A DNA stretch of 54,250 bases from Elusimicrobiota bacterium (GTDB taxonomy: Bacteria > Elusimicrobiota > Elusimicrobia > UBA1565 > UBA9628). Position numbers and translations under genes: made by a program. The notes under the pieces were generated by a model. It did no database searches and was not told the DNA's origin. It worked only from the letters and a program-made list of their open reading frames with translations. Positions within the stretch are counted from its first letter, which is position 1; each line of letters opens with the position of its first letter. Positions 1 through 8,067 of this stretch are shown in pieces. The stretch lies in contig DAHVNA010000007.1 in the NCBI GenBank assembly GCA_027319565.1, positions 1-54,250 on the forward strand, given 5' to 3'.

Positions 1-253
1 TTAAAAATTTTTTTCATCTTCGGATATTCTATCAATCTCTCCCGCGTATTATTTGGTTGCTTGGCGTTAATGGATACCCGTTAAACGGCTTGCCGGTCGT
101 TTCTGTGGGTCCTAGGCGGCGCGTCTTTGCGCGCGGCAGGCAAGAACGACTTTAAGGAGTTCGTGGATTACACAGCGGAACGCTTGCCCGAATAAACGGA
201 AGCGCCTCAGACGCAAGACCCCGGCGCCTCAACAAATAAACCGACTCTAAACC

Positions 254-273
254 GGTGTCCATCTGGGTGTCCA
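254..273. repeat. Tandem GGTGTCCA direct repeat (12-bp period); probable integrase arm-type binding sites at an element end
   Basis: GGTGTCCA at 254-261 and 266-273, ~125 bp from the tRNA-Gln fragment; same geometry as the TGGTGCCA pair at 52651-52670. Confidence 0.5.
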
Positions 274-396
274 AACCGCATGTAAAACGGCGGTAAGCGG
301 CGATACGCGGCGCACAAAAGAACAAAGGCTGTTTCTCGTCGGTAGAAATGGGAATTTACGGCTTGTCGTCGGACGGATCGGAAACGGGCGCTGAAA

Positions 397-435
397 GATT
401 CAAAGTCCGCTGTGATACCATTTCACCACCTGGGA
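397..435 (-). pseudogene. 5' half of tRNA-Gln(UUG), truncated just after the anticodon loop (att-site junction)
   Basis: Minus strand TCCCAGG-TG-GTGA-AATGGTA-TCAC-A-GCGGA-CTTTGAA-TC gives acceptor 5' strand, D arm and anticodon TTG, with no T arm or 3' end. Lies downstream of ispE, the usual tRNA-Gln position. Confidence 0.8.
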
Positions 436-480
436 ATAAACCGGATGAACCGCCAAATAAATCGCCGTCAGCACAACGAG

Positions 481-536
481 GAGCTGAAAGAGAATCAACC
501 CTCCGCTGTGACAGCATTTCACCACCTGGGAATAAA
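481..536 (-). repeat. Second, degenerate copy of the tRNA-Gln 5' half/att junction
   Basis: GCTGAAAGA...TCCGCTGTGA.A.CATTTCACCACCTGGGAATAAA repeats 390-440. Confidence 0.7.
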
Positions 537-620
537 TCAACCATGCCTAAGGCCTATATCCAAGAGATTTAATTATAACTTTTTTAGCCCCCATTTCCGC
601 ACGCGAAGCCCGCGGCGAAA

Positions 621-869
621 TCAGATTCCGATTTCGCTGAGCAATCTAGAAATGTCGTCAATCACTCCCACGAGTTTGGGATGAATGCCCTCGAAGGTCC
701 TGATCGTCCGGGCGAGATCGGAAGCTCTGGCCCCGGCTTTCGCGATATGGGATGCTTCAGATTTAATGGACTCGATTAAGCCATGGAGTTCCGCCTTTTT
801 CCCCGGCTCAATGCCCGAGAGTCCGCGAAACTCTTTCTCCAGTTTTTCAATCTTATCTTGAATGCTCAT
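621..869 (-). CDS. DUF4404-like small helical protein
   Basis: 82 aa ending FEGIHPKLVGVIDDISRLLSEIGI; TATACT -10 at 875-880. Confidence 0.7.
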   Translation of the reverse strand: MSIQDKIEKLEKEFRGLSGIEPGKKAELHGLIESIKSEASHIAKAGARASDLARTIRTFEGIHPKLVGVIDDISRLLSEIGI

Positions 870-1064
870 AAGATAGTATAGTTTTTAGCCGTGGGTATTT
901 CTTCTAGGATATCGAAGTACTCGAAAGCGTTGAACACAAGAACATGTCTGTGCGTGATAGGGTGTTTAAAAACAAGTTGTTTTTTTAACGCTCTAAGAGT
1001 ATACTTTTATCGTATTTCTTTAGTGATTCCCGAGGCTCGACGATATGCTCATGAAAAAAATCAT

Positions 1065-1301
1065 CGTCATTCCCCGCGGTCTTTAGTGGGGAATCCGACC
1101 GAGCATAGGCGAGGAAATGCCGCTTCCGTATTCGTTGAAGAGCGACAAGACCGAACGCTTCCGCCTCATTTTAGGTTTCCGTCGAAACCAAGCCTACATG
1201 CGGATATGGACTCTGCCTTCGCTCGCGAAGCGAAAGCGTGCCGAACCACCTTTGGGGAATACTTTGTGGTTCGGCCCGGCTTACGGCATGCCGGAGTGAC
1301 G
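1065..1301. repeat. Inverted pair of GTCA-type REP-like palindromes (MITE/REP doublet)
   Basis: CGTCATTCCCCGCGGTCTTTAGTGGGGAATCC (1065-1096) and inverted CCGGCTTACGGCATGCCGGAGTGACG (1276-1301). Confidence 0.5.
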
Positions 1302-1334
1302 GGAGTTGTCTGGGAACCACTAAAGAAATACCCC

Positions 1335-1610
1335 TTACGCCCCGGCTTTGGCGGATTTTTTGACTTCCATCGCGTAATGGGCCAAAACCTGATCTTCAAG
1401 GACTTTTCTAAATTCCACCGTGATGGGGTGCGCGATGTCCTTATAGGTTCCGTCTTCCAGACGGCGGGAAGGCATGCAGAGAATGAGCCCTTTGTTTCCA
1501 GAAATGATTTTCATGTTGCGGACGACAAAACAGTGGTCAAAGGTCACCGTGGCAAAAGCCTTGAGCTTGTCTTCGCCGCAAAGATGAATGCGAATTTCGG
1601 TGATATTCAT
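1335..1610 (-). CDS. spoVG: SpoVG family nucleic-acid-binding protein
   Basis: MNITEIRI...KLKAFATVTFD...MPSRR...YKDIAHPI. Confidence 0.95.
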   Translation of the reverse strand: MNITEIRIHLCGEDKLKAFATVTFDHCFVVRNMKIISGNKGLILCMPSRRLEDGTYKDIAHPITVEFRKVLEDQVLAHYAMEVKKSAKAGA

Positions 1611-1617
1611 CCGTTTC

Positions 1618-2538
1618 TCACTGGCAACTCGTTAAAAACGATTTCCATGGATAAATTTTAAGTTTGCTTAAAATTTTTTCACCTTCCGCATATGAGCGGC
1701 AAAAACCGAAAACCGAAGAGCCCGAGCCCGACATCCGAACTCCCAAAAGCCCCAACTTCCTTAAAATGTCCAGCGCCCCTTGCACAATCGGCCTTGCGGA
1801 AACCTTGGAATCCTCCAGCCGATTAAAGAGGAGATTTCCCCACTCCTCGACGGGCTCTCCACGGAGTAACGCTTCCGTCAGTCTATCAAGCTGGGACAAT
1901 TTTGTCAACACGTCCTTGCGCTCGGGCAAAGAGAGAGCCCGGTAAGACTCAGCCGTCGAAATCGAAACTCCCGGGAAAACTAAAATTAAATACGGAAGAC
2001 TGTGAGCGATTTTAACCGGAGTCAAGCGATCTCCAATGCCTTCTCCCAGGGAAAAAGAATGGGATTGGACGAAAAAAGGGACATCGGCCCCAAGCCCTCG
2101 AGCGAGTTCTAGAATTTTTTTCCGGTAGGCCGCTGTCCGGGAGTTTAAGCCCAACAGTTTTCCCAGTCCCAACAAGGCTCCAGCCGCGTCTGAGGATCCG
2201 CCGCCAAGCCCCGCTCCGATAGGAATTCTTTTTTTAAGAGAAAGCCTCACCCCGACCTTCACCTCAAAGGCCTTAAAAAAAAGAGCGGCCGCGCGCATCA
2301 CCAAATTATCCGGTCCGGCGGATAAAGCCGAAGTCGCTTCAGAGTCCTCGACCACCAATTCCGGCCCCCCCAAACCCGAGGCCAAACTTAGATCCAGAAC
2401 GTCGTAAACGTTAATCTTGGCGAACAAGGTCTTTAATCGGTGATATCCGTCCGGACGCTTTCCGGTGATTTCCAGGAAAAGATTAATTTTGGCCGGGCAT
2501 TGAACGCTGGTTTTTTTTATCATCGCAATGCCGGTCAA
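1618..2538 (-). CDS. ispE: 4-(cytidine 5'-diphospho)-2-C-methyl-D-erythritol kinase
   Basis: PAKINLFL, KRIPIGAGLGGGSSDAA, MSGSGSSVF. Confidence 0.97.
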   Translation of the reverse strand: MTGIAMIKKTSVQCPAKINLFLEITGKRPDGYHRLKTLFAKINVYDVLDLSLASGLGGPELVVEDSEATSALSAGPDNLVMRAAALFFKAFEVKVGVRLSLKKRIPIGAGLGGGSSDAAGALLGLGKLLGLNSRTAAYRKKILELARGLGADVPFFVQSHSFSLGEGIGDRLTPVKIAHSLPYLILVFPGVSISTAESYRALSLPERKDVLTKLSQLDRLTEALLRGEPVEEWGNLLFNRLEDSKVSARPIVQGALDILRKLGLLGVRMSGSGSSVFGFCRSYAEGEKILSKLKIYPWKSFLTSCQ

Positions 2539-4748
2539 GGATTAAAGTTATCCGGGAAAGAGCGGTTAAAGTGGGCAGCGGAATTGGAAAAATCAATATC
2601 AAAGACAAAGCCTTTGCCGCGAACTTCAATCGAAGCGGGAAACAAATGCCCGTCTAAATCCTGGAAATGGGAAAGGGACAAGGATTGATGAGGATACAAG
2701 GGCGATTTAAGCCCCGAGACCGCTGCGCCTTTTTTGTCCAAGGCCAAAACCCAGTTTTTGCTCTTTAAACTTTGGCGCCCAAATCTCTTGACGTATTCCA
2801 CCGGGGAATCGGAAAATATATTCCCGGAAAAATAATCGGCGATCATCCCTAAAGCCTGATGAGAGGCCTGCCTAACGCCGGAGGGCGACACTCCTTTGAT
2901 TGAAATTCTTCCCATGGAAAAAGAACCGCTTGAAATTTCCATGTCAAAAAGAGAAGAAAACATCGGCCCCATCACCTCAAGAGAGATATCCGACGGCGCG
3001 CGAAAGGAGCAGGAGGCCGGAAAAGAGACCTGATGGCCGAAAATCTTGAGTTTTAAGCGGCAAGCGGAAGAAAACCCCGTGATATCGTCTTGAAGCAAAG
3101 AAAGATAACTGGAAAAGTAATCTCCGATTTCCCATTTAGAGAGCTTCTTATTCATCTGCTTGAGCTGTTTCTCGGCTTGATCCCCCTGGGACGAAAGCGT
3201 CTCAGACATTTTCAAAGCGACCCACGCCTTTCGAGGCTTTTTCAAAGCTTCTTCGATGTCGGATAAGTGAGCCCAAATATCGGCATCCTCGGGAGATTTC
3301 TCCAAGGCGGAAAAAGTCTGGCTGAGGGCGCGATGAAAATATCCCTCGCGGTAATAGACCCAGCCTAAAGAATCTTGATAGGCGCCGTTCGCGGGGTTGA
3401 GACTCACCGCTTTTTTAATCAAGGCCTCGGCTTCGGGCAATTTAAGCCCCCTCTCCGCCAATTCATAGCCGAGATAATTGAGGGCGTCCGCGTCATTGGG
3501 AGATTCATTGATCAGAGTCTTAAAAGCCTTTTCCGATCCGGAAACGTCGTTGATTCTATCCAAAACGGAACCCAGTTCATAGAGCATGTCTTTATCATGG
3601 GGATTGGCCTTAAGTCCCGCCTTGAGCACTTGAATCTCGTCTTTATATTCCTTCAAATCCTCAAGCCCCAGGGCTAAAGAGAAAAAAAGCGTTCCGTCCT
3701 TGGGCCAGGTCTTTCGGGCTTTTTCCAAAACCGCGACCGCCCCCTTGGTGTCATTGATGCGGGTGTAGTCGTAACTGAGCTCTAAATTGAGATAGAGATC
3801 GCGCGCCAAGGCCGCACTTTCTTCCAAGTAATGAATCGCCGACAGAAAATCTTTCTTTTTCTCGGCATGAACAGACATCCAGTAATTGGCCTCGGAATCG
3901 TGGATATCGATGGCCAACGCCCGATTAAAAAAATTGCGCGCCTGCGGCCAGTTTCCCTCCAGGGAATAAATCTCCGCGACATGGTCCAAGAGTTTGGCGT
4001 TTCTCGGCTCGAAAGGAATGATTTTTTTATATTCGTTAATCGCCGCGCTTGTGGAATACTCCTCTTCATATGCCTGGGCCAAGGCATAACGGGAAGGGAC
4101 AGAATCGGAATCCGGGTCGGCCCTGATGGACTGTTTTAAATACCGAATCGCACGGTGCAGGTGATTTTGCTTAAATTCTATGTCGGCGATCTGAAAATAA
4201 GTGTCGGAAGCCTGATCGGGGTCCATGACGGCATAGCGCTTTAAAATTTTTTTTGCCTCGCTCAGCGAGCGCAAAGAGGTCAAGGCGGCCAAGGCATAGA
4301 CCGTATCCGAGGACATCGGGTTAATGGCGAGAGCTTTTTGAAAAGCCGCCTCAGCCTGCGGAAGATCATTTTGGGCCCAAAACACGCGCCCCAAAAGCCG
4401 ATAACTCTCGGCGCTGCTAGAGCTAATCGAAATCGCTTTTTCCGCCCAGGCCCGCGCCTGCGCGAGGTTTCCGGCCTCAAGAGCCGCCGAAGTTCCGGCA
4501 TTGGCTAGAAAAGCCGATTGCGGATCCTCTTTGAGGGCCAAGCCATATTCTTTAAGCGCTAACTGGGGGTCATGCCGATATTCTTCCAAAAGAGCGGCGA
4601 CATAATTACCTTCGCTGGAGCGATTAGGGGTTGCTTGAAGAGGCAAGGCAAAAACGGAAAGGAGAAATGGAATAACAAAAAAAGAAAAGGGCCATCCGTG
4701 ACCTTCCGTTTCTTTCCGTGTCTTTCCGTGCTTGATTTTCACGTTCAC
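2535..4748 (-). CDS. Exported multi-TPR protein with C-terminal beta-rich (LolB/DUF4292-like) domain
   Basis: Signal peptide, many TPRs including ALNYLGY...YQDSLGWVYY; ~190-aa beta-rich C-terminus; precedes ispE. Confidence 0.8.
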   Translation of the reverse strand: MNVKIKHGKTRKETEGHGWPFSFFVIPFLLSVFALPLQATPNRSSEGNYVAALLEEYRHDPQLALKEYGLALKEDPQSAFLANAGTSAALEAGNLAQARAWAEKAISISSSSAESYRLLGRVFWAQNDLPQAEAAFQKALAINPMSSDTVYALAALTSLRSLSEAKKILKRYAVMDPDQASDTYFQIADIEFKQNHLHRAIRYLKQSIRADPDSDSVPSRYALAQAYEEEYSTSAAINEYKKIIPFEPRNAKLLDHVAEIYSLEGNWPQARNFFNRALAIDIHDSEANYWMSVHAEKKKDFLSAIHYLEESAALARDLYLNLELSYDYTRINDTKGAVAVLEKARKTWPKDGTLFFSLALGLEDLKEYKDEIQVLKAGLKANPHDKDMLYELGSVLDRINDVSGSEKAFKTLINESPNDADALNYLGYELAERGLKLPEAEALIKKAVSLNPANGAYQDSLGWVYYREGYFHRALSQTFSALEKSPEDADIWAHLSDIEEALKKPRKAWVALKMSETLSSQGDQAEKQLKQMNKKLSKWEIGDYFSSYLSLLQDDITGFSSACRLKLKIFGHQVSFPASCSFRAPSDISLEVMGPMFSSLFDMEISSGSFSMGRISIKGVSPSGVRQASHQALGMIADYFSGNIFSDSPVEYVKRFGRQSLKSKNWVLALDKKGAAVSGLKSPLYPHQSLSLSHFQDLDGHLFPASIEVRGKGFVFDIDFSNSAAHFNRSFPDNFNP
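4651..4730. repeat. Degenerate 10-bp-period palindromic repeat element inside the TPR gene 5' end
   Basis: gccatccgtg accttccgtt tctttccgtg tctttccgtg opposite aaaacggaaa... Confidence 0.6.
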
Positions 4749-5197
4749 AAAAGCTTATCCATAAGAAGCGCGCTCGAGCCGTCACTATAGAATTTAACTC
4801 TTTTTCCCACAACTTGAAAGCCTAATTTTTGATAAAGGTTAAAAGCTGCAACATTTCTCTCCGAAACTTCTAAGGTCGCGCGCGCGCAGCCCTTAAGGCG
4901 CGCCTTTGAAAATGCGGCCTCTAAAAGCCGCGCCGCGATTCCCCGCCTTAAATAAGAAGGCCCCACGGAAACGCTTAAAACTTGAAGTTCTTCTTCCAAA
5001 ATCCGCCCGATGAAATATCCGCAGAGACCAGAGTCCAAAGATTCCGCGGATAAAAAAATGGAATCCGGTCTTAAGAGCTCGGATTCAAGCTGCGCTCTCG
5101 CCCAATGCGGCGCGTAAGCCCAGTAAGATTCTAAAGAAAAAATTTCGTCTAAATCAGAACTTCGGGCCGGACGGATGAATTCGTCATTTCCGTTCAT
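4745..5197 (-). CDS. rimI: Ribosomal protein S18 alanine N-acetyltransferase (GNAT)
   Basis: RRGIAARLL, LEVSERN..A..LYQKLGF, paired with tsaB. Confidence 0.9.
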   Translation of the reverse strand: MNGNDEFIRPARSSDLDEIFSLESYWAYAPHWARAQLESELLRPDSIFLSAESLDSGLCGYFIGRILEEELQVLSVSVGPSYLRRGIAARLLEAAFSKARLKGCARATLEVSERNVAAFNLYQKLGFQVVGKRVKFYSDGSSALLMDKLL

Positions 5198-5789
5198 AAC
5201 CGGCGGCTTTTAAATAGAGGGGCTCGAATTTTGGAATTTGATTTTGACCAAGATAAAAAAGAGCCGCTTTTAAAAAATCGGCGGGCTCAGCCTCCCTTTC
5301 AATAAGCTCAAAATCCGCTTTCAGCTCGGCTTTTTTTCGAGCCCAATTTTCCTCGGGAACCCAAGAAGGCGCCGCGACCGCCTTGGGCGGCAAGTCCAAA
5401 GCCTTGCGCCGAAAGGCCTGGTAATATCTTTCCCCGCGGTATCCCGACAAAACAGGACAGAGAGTTTTCCCTTCCGCGCCAAAGGCGAGCGCCTCAAGGC
5501 TTGAAATCGCCAAAGCCGAAACCCGGGCTTGAGCCTCGATGACGGCGGCAAAGGTCATCCCGATGCGAATACCGGTAAATCTTCCGGGACCGCTGGAAAC
5601 GACGACGGCTTTCAGATCGGATAGTTTTAGTTTGGCGCCGAGCAAAAGACGGTCAAGCGCTTTAAACAAAAGAGTTTCACCGGAATTATCCGCCCCGCTA
5701 AGGCGCAGCGTTTTAAAGACTCCCCGGTAAAACAAGCCCGCCTTTAAGTTTTCTCCCACCGTGTCCAAAATTATAATCGTTTGTCCCAT
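5184..5789 (-). CDS. tsaB: tRNA threonylcarbamoyladenosine biosynthesis protein TsaB
   Basis: VSSGPGRFTGIRIG, C-terminal EPLYL. Confidence 0.92.
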   Translation of the reverse strand: MGQTIIILDTVGENLKAGLFYRGVFKTLRLSGADNSGETLLFKALDRLLLGAKLKLSDLKAVVVSSGPGRFTGIRIGMTFAAVIEAQARVSALAISSLEALAFGAEGKTLCPVLSGYRGERYYQAFRRKALDLPPKAVAAPSWVPEENWARKKAELKADFELIEREAEPADFLKAALFYLGQNQIPKFEPLYLKAAGYERK

Positions 5790-5880
5790 GGCAAACTATT
5801 ATAGGAACTTTCGGACTTCCGCGCTGGGACGTCCTACGTCACCCCAATGGATGCCGACACGTCAGGACTTGCGCCCCGCC

Positions 5881-5950
5881 AGGGCCTAAAGTCCTATTTT
5901 CAAAATAGGCCTTTTTACCCCTTGCGCAAAAAATGTTTGTGTGTTATTCT
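5881..5950 (+). promoter_or_regulatory. Two palindromic operator boxes plus sigma70 promoter
   Basis: AGGGCCTAAAGTCCTA (5881-5896), TAGGCCTTTTTACCCC (5906-5921), TTGCGC-17-TATTCT (5922-5950). Confidence 0.65.
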
Positions 5951-5959
5951 AATTTCAAG

Positions 5960-7789
5960 ATGAAAAAGTTTCGGCTGATGGGAATTGGCTTTGCTGTCTT
6001 TTTGTTTTCTTTCCCCGATTTTGTTTTTTCGCAAGACCTCTCGACCTCGACGATGGTCTTAGCCGCCGCTAGAAAATCAGATCACGAGTCCAAGCCCTCT
6101 TCGTCTTCCTGGTTTAGCGATCTCGTCAAAAGTTTCTCCAGTTTTACCCAGGACCGCTATACCGGAGTCGCCGAGTGCTCTAAAAAAGGAGCTGGCTATG
6201 TTTGGGATTCACGGGTCAACGCGTGCGTCAAAGCCCCCGCCAACGCCTCTGTCAAGTGCCTGGGACAAAACGAGTTTTGGAACGGTCACAGCTGCGTCAA
6301 CAGCCAAGCTATTTTAAAGAGTAAAACCGCTTCTTCTAAAGAAAAAAAAGCCGCTCTCGAGGCCCAAAAGAAGGGGGGTTTAGCCGAACGGAAAAATTGC
6401 AAAAGGCAATGGGGAGTTTCCCATCAAGATTCCTGCGTGGGCTTATCCAAAGAAATCGGAAAAAAAACCAAGAAAACTCTTTACGTCTATATTCCCTGCG
6501 CCGTTTTCTTTTCTCAACAACACGATCAGCCCAATTTTGCCTGTAAGTCCGGAGACACTCTTACGCTTTCCAGGTCCATCCACCTACCTCCGGGCACCAA
6601 CCGAAATGTCCGTTATATTTTTTACGGCCCCGCGGGATATCAACCCGATTTGGCGACGAAAGATTATCTCTGTTCCAAAAAGACTTCCGAAAAACTCCTG
6701 ACCAAAAACTGTCTTCCCTTAGGCAAAAAAATTACGCTTAGCGCCGGGGTCGACAGCGAAAACGTCAAGGGAAAGAAGAAACTCCACCTCACCATTTATC
6801 CCAGCGCCGGAAGTATCGGATACTCCAACGGTTCTGCCGCCGCCATTAAAATCGGAAACCAATATCTCGGCATTCCCACGGGAAAAAATGTTTTTGATGT
6901 CGTCGTCGCGAAAACCCCTTCGTGGACGCCTCCCCCCGCCAAGAAAAAACATGCCCCGGGCAAGGTCGCGCAAAAACCCACAACTCCGGTCACATCGACG
7001 CCCGTTCCGGGAAATAAAACCCCGTCACAAGCCCCCTCTTGCGCTGATTTAAAAGCGCAATTGGCGGGGGCGGAAGCCCAAATTCACGCCTGTCTTCAAA
7101 CCCTGCAAAAAAGTCCCGCCATGCAGGCTTTAATTAAGACCTGCGAAAAGGCCCAAGGAAAAGGAGAAACTGATTGCGCGGCGAACATCCCCCAATCTTC
7201 TGCGCCGACCTTGGTTTCAAGAAATAAATCAGAAGGCAAACCCGATCTCTCTCCCAAACTTTCATGCAGTCAGCAACTAGGGCAATGGCAAGCGCACGTG
7301 TTCAAATTGAGAGCACAAATGGCGCAAACCCCTAGCTGCCAAACCAATTCTGGCAACAAAAACCCGCCCAATTCCTGTCCACAAGGCCAGGTGTGGAGTT
7401 CCGCCAGCGGAGGCGGAGGCTGCGTTCCCAACGGAAACTCTAACGGAAATAGCCAAAACTCAAACGGAAACGATATCAACAACACTCCCTCATCCCCTTG
7501 CACGCAATCGGCTTCCGCCCCGGCGGCTAATCCCAAGGGTCAAGACCAAGCAAGCCAAAATTCCGGCCAAGATTCCGCGGCCAAGCCCAATTCCGGGAAA
7601 ACGGCAGCTTCCGTTGATTGTGGCGGTGGCCAGAAAAAAGACAAATCCTCCTGGCCCAAACTGCCTTGGAAAGGCATGGGGCTCATTGGAGCTTATGGCG
7701 GGCTTTTAGGAGCGCTTCTATTAGGCCCTATTGGAATGTTTGTCTTTGGGCTCATCGGAGTGGGGGTCGGATACCTCATCTCGAAATAG
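5960..7789 (+). CDS. Secreted Cys-rich protein with C-terminal Gly-rich membrane anchor
   Basis: Signal peptide MKKFRL..VFS, C-x(5-7)-W-x(4-8)-CV motifs, S/N/Q-rich linker, C-terminal GAYGGLLGALLLGPIG; start placed at ATG 5960, downstream of the -10. Confidence 0.75.
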   Translation: MKKFRLMGIGFAVFLFSFPDFVFSQDLSTSTMVLAAARKSDHESKPSSSSWFSDLVKSFSSFTQDRYTGVAECSKKGAGYVWDSRVNACVKAPANASVKCLGQNEFWNGHSCVNSQAILKSKTASSKEKKAALEAQKKGGLAERKNCKRQWGVSHQDSCVGLSKEIGKKTKKTLYVYIPCAVFFSQQHDQPNFACKSGDTLTLSRSIHLPPGTNRNVRYIFYGPAGYQPDLATKDYLCSKKTSEKLLTKNCLPLGKKITLSAGVDSENVKGKKKLHLTIYPSAGSIGYSNGSAAAIKIGNQYLGIPTGKNVFDVVVAKTPSWTPPPAKKKHAPGKVAQKPTTPVTSTPVPGNKTPSQAPSCADLKAQLAGAEAQIHACLQTLQKSPAMQALIKTCEKAQGKGETDCAANIPQSSAPTLVSRNKSEGKPDLSPKLSCSQQLGQWQAHVFKLRAQMAQTPSCQTNSGNKNPPNSCPQGQVWSSASGGGGCVPNGNSNGNSQNSNGNDINNTPSSPCTQSASAPAANPKGQDQASQNSGQDSAAKPNSGKTAASVDCGGGQKKDKSSWPKLPWKGMGLIGAYGGLLGALLLGPIGMFVFGLIGVGVGYLISK

Positions 7790-7812
7790 AGCGGGCAACG
7801 AACGCCTGATTT

Positions 7813-8052
7813 TTATCCCTTTTTATTGAGAGGCTTGAGGTATTGCGGCAATCGCTCGATTTCCGTCTCTAGGTTCTTAATGGCTTCCGCCAAAAAGCCC
7901 AAATGCTTACGGACCTTGGGGTCAAGCGCCTCGTTATCTATCTTAGCGCGAATAAAATAAAGGGAATTGTTTAGAACCGCAAGAGGATTTCTAAGTTCGT
8001 GGGCGATGTTTGAAGCCACGCGCGCGATAGGATCTTTTTTCTCTTCAGGCAT
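7813..8052 (-). CDS. Stand-alone HisKA (DHp) phosphoacceptor domain protein
   Basis: H-box IAHELRNPL in a 79-aa ORF lacking an ATPase domain. Confidence 0.8.
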   Translation of the reverse strand: MPEEKKDPIARVASNIAHELRNPLAVLNNSLYFIRAKIDNEALDPKVRKHLGFLAEAIKNLETEIERLPQYLKPLNKKG

Positions 8053-8067
8053 AGTCTAAACTCTATC

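Noticed and set aside
390..536. Possible CRISPR mini-array
   Set aside because: Only two degenerate copies, explained as tRNA-Gln 5' halves; no cas genes in the window
541..556. Additional operator box CCATGCCTAAGGCCTA
   Set aside because: Only one half-site matches and it lies downstream of the -10, unlike the other copies
348..684. Short ORFs over the tRNA fragments
   Set aside because: Their internal repeats simply translate the duplicated att/tRNA sequence
891..1661. 256-aa plus-strand ORF
   Set aside because: Antisense shadow of spoVG running through repeat DNA; no recognisable features
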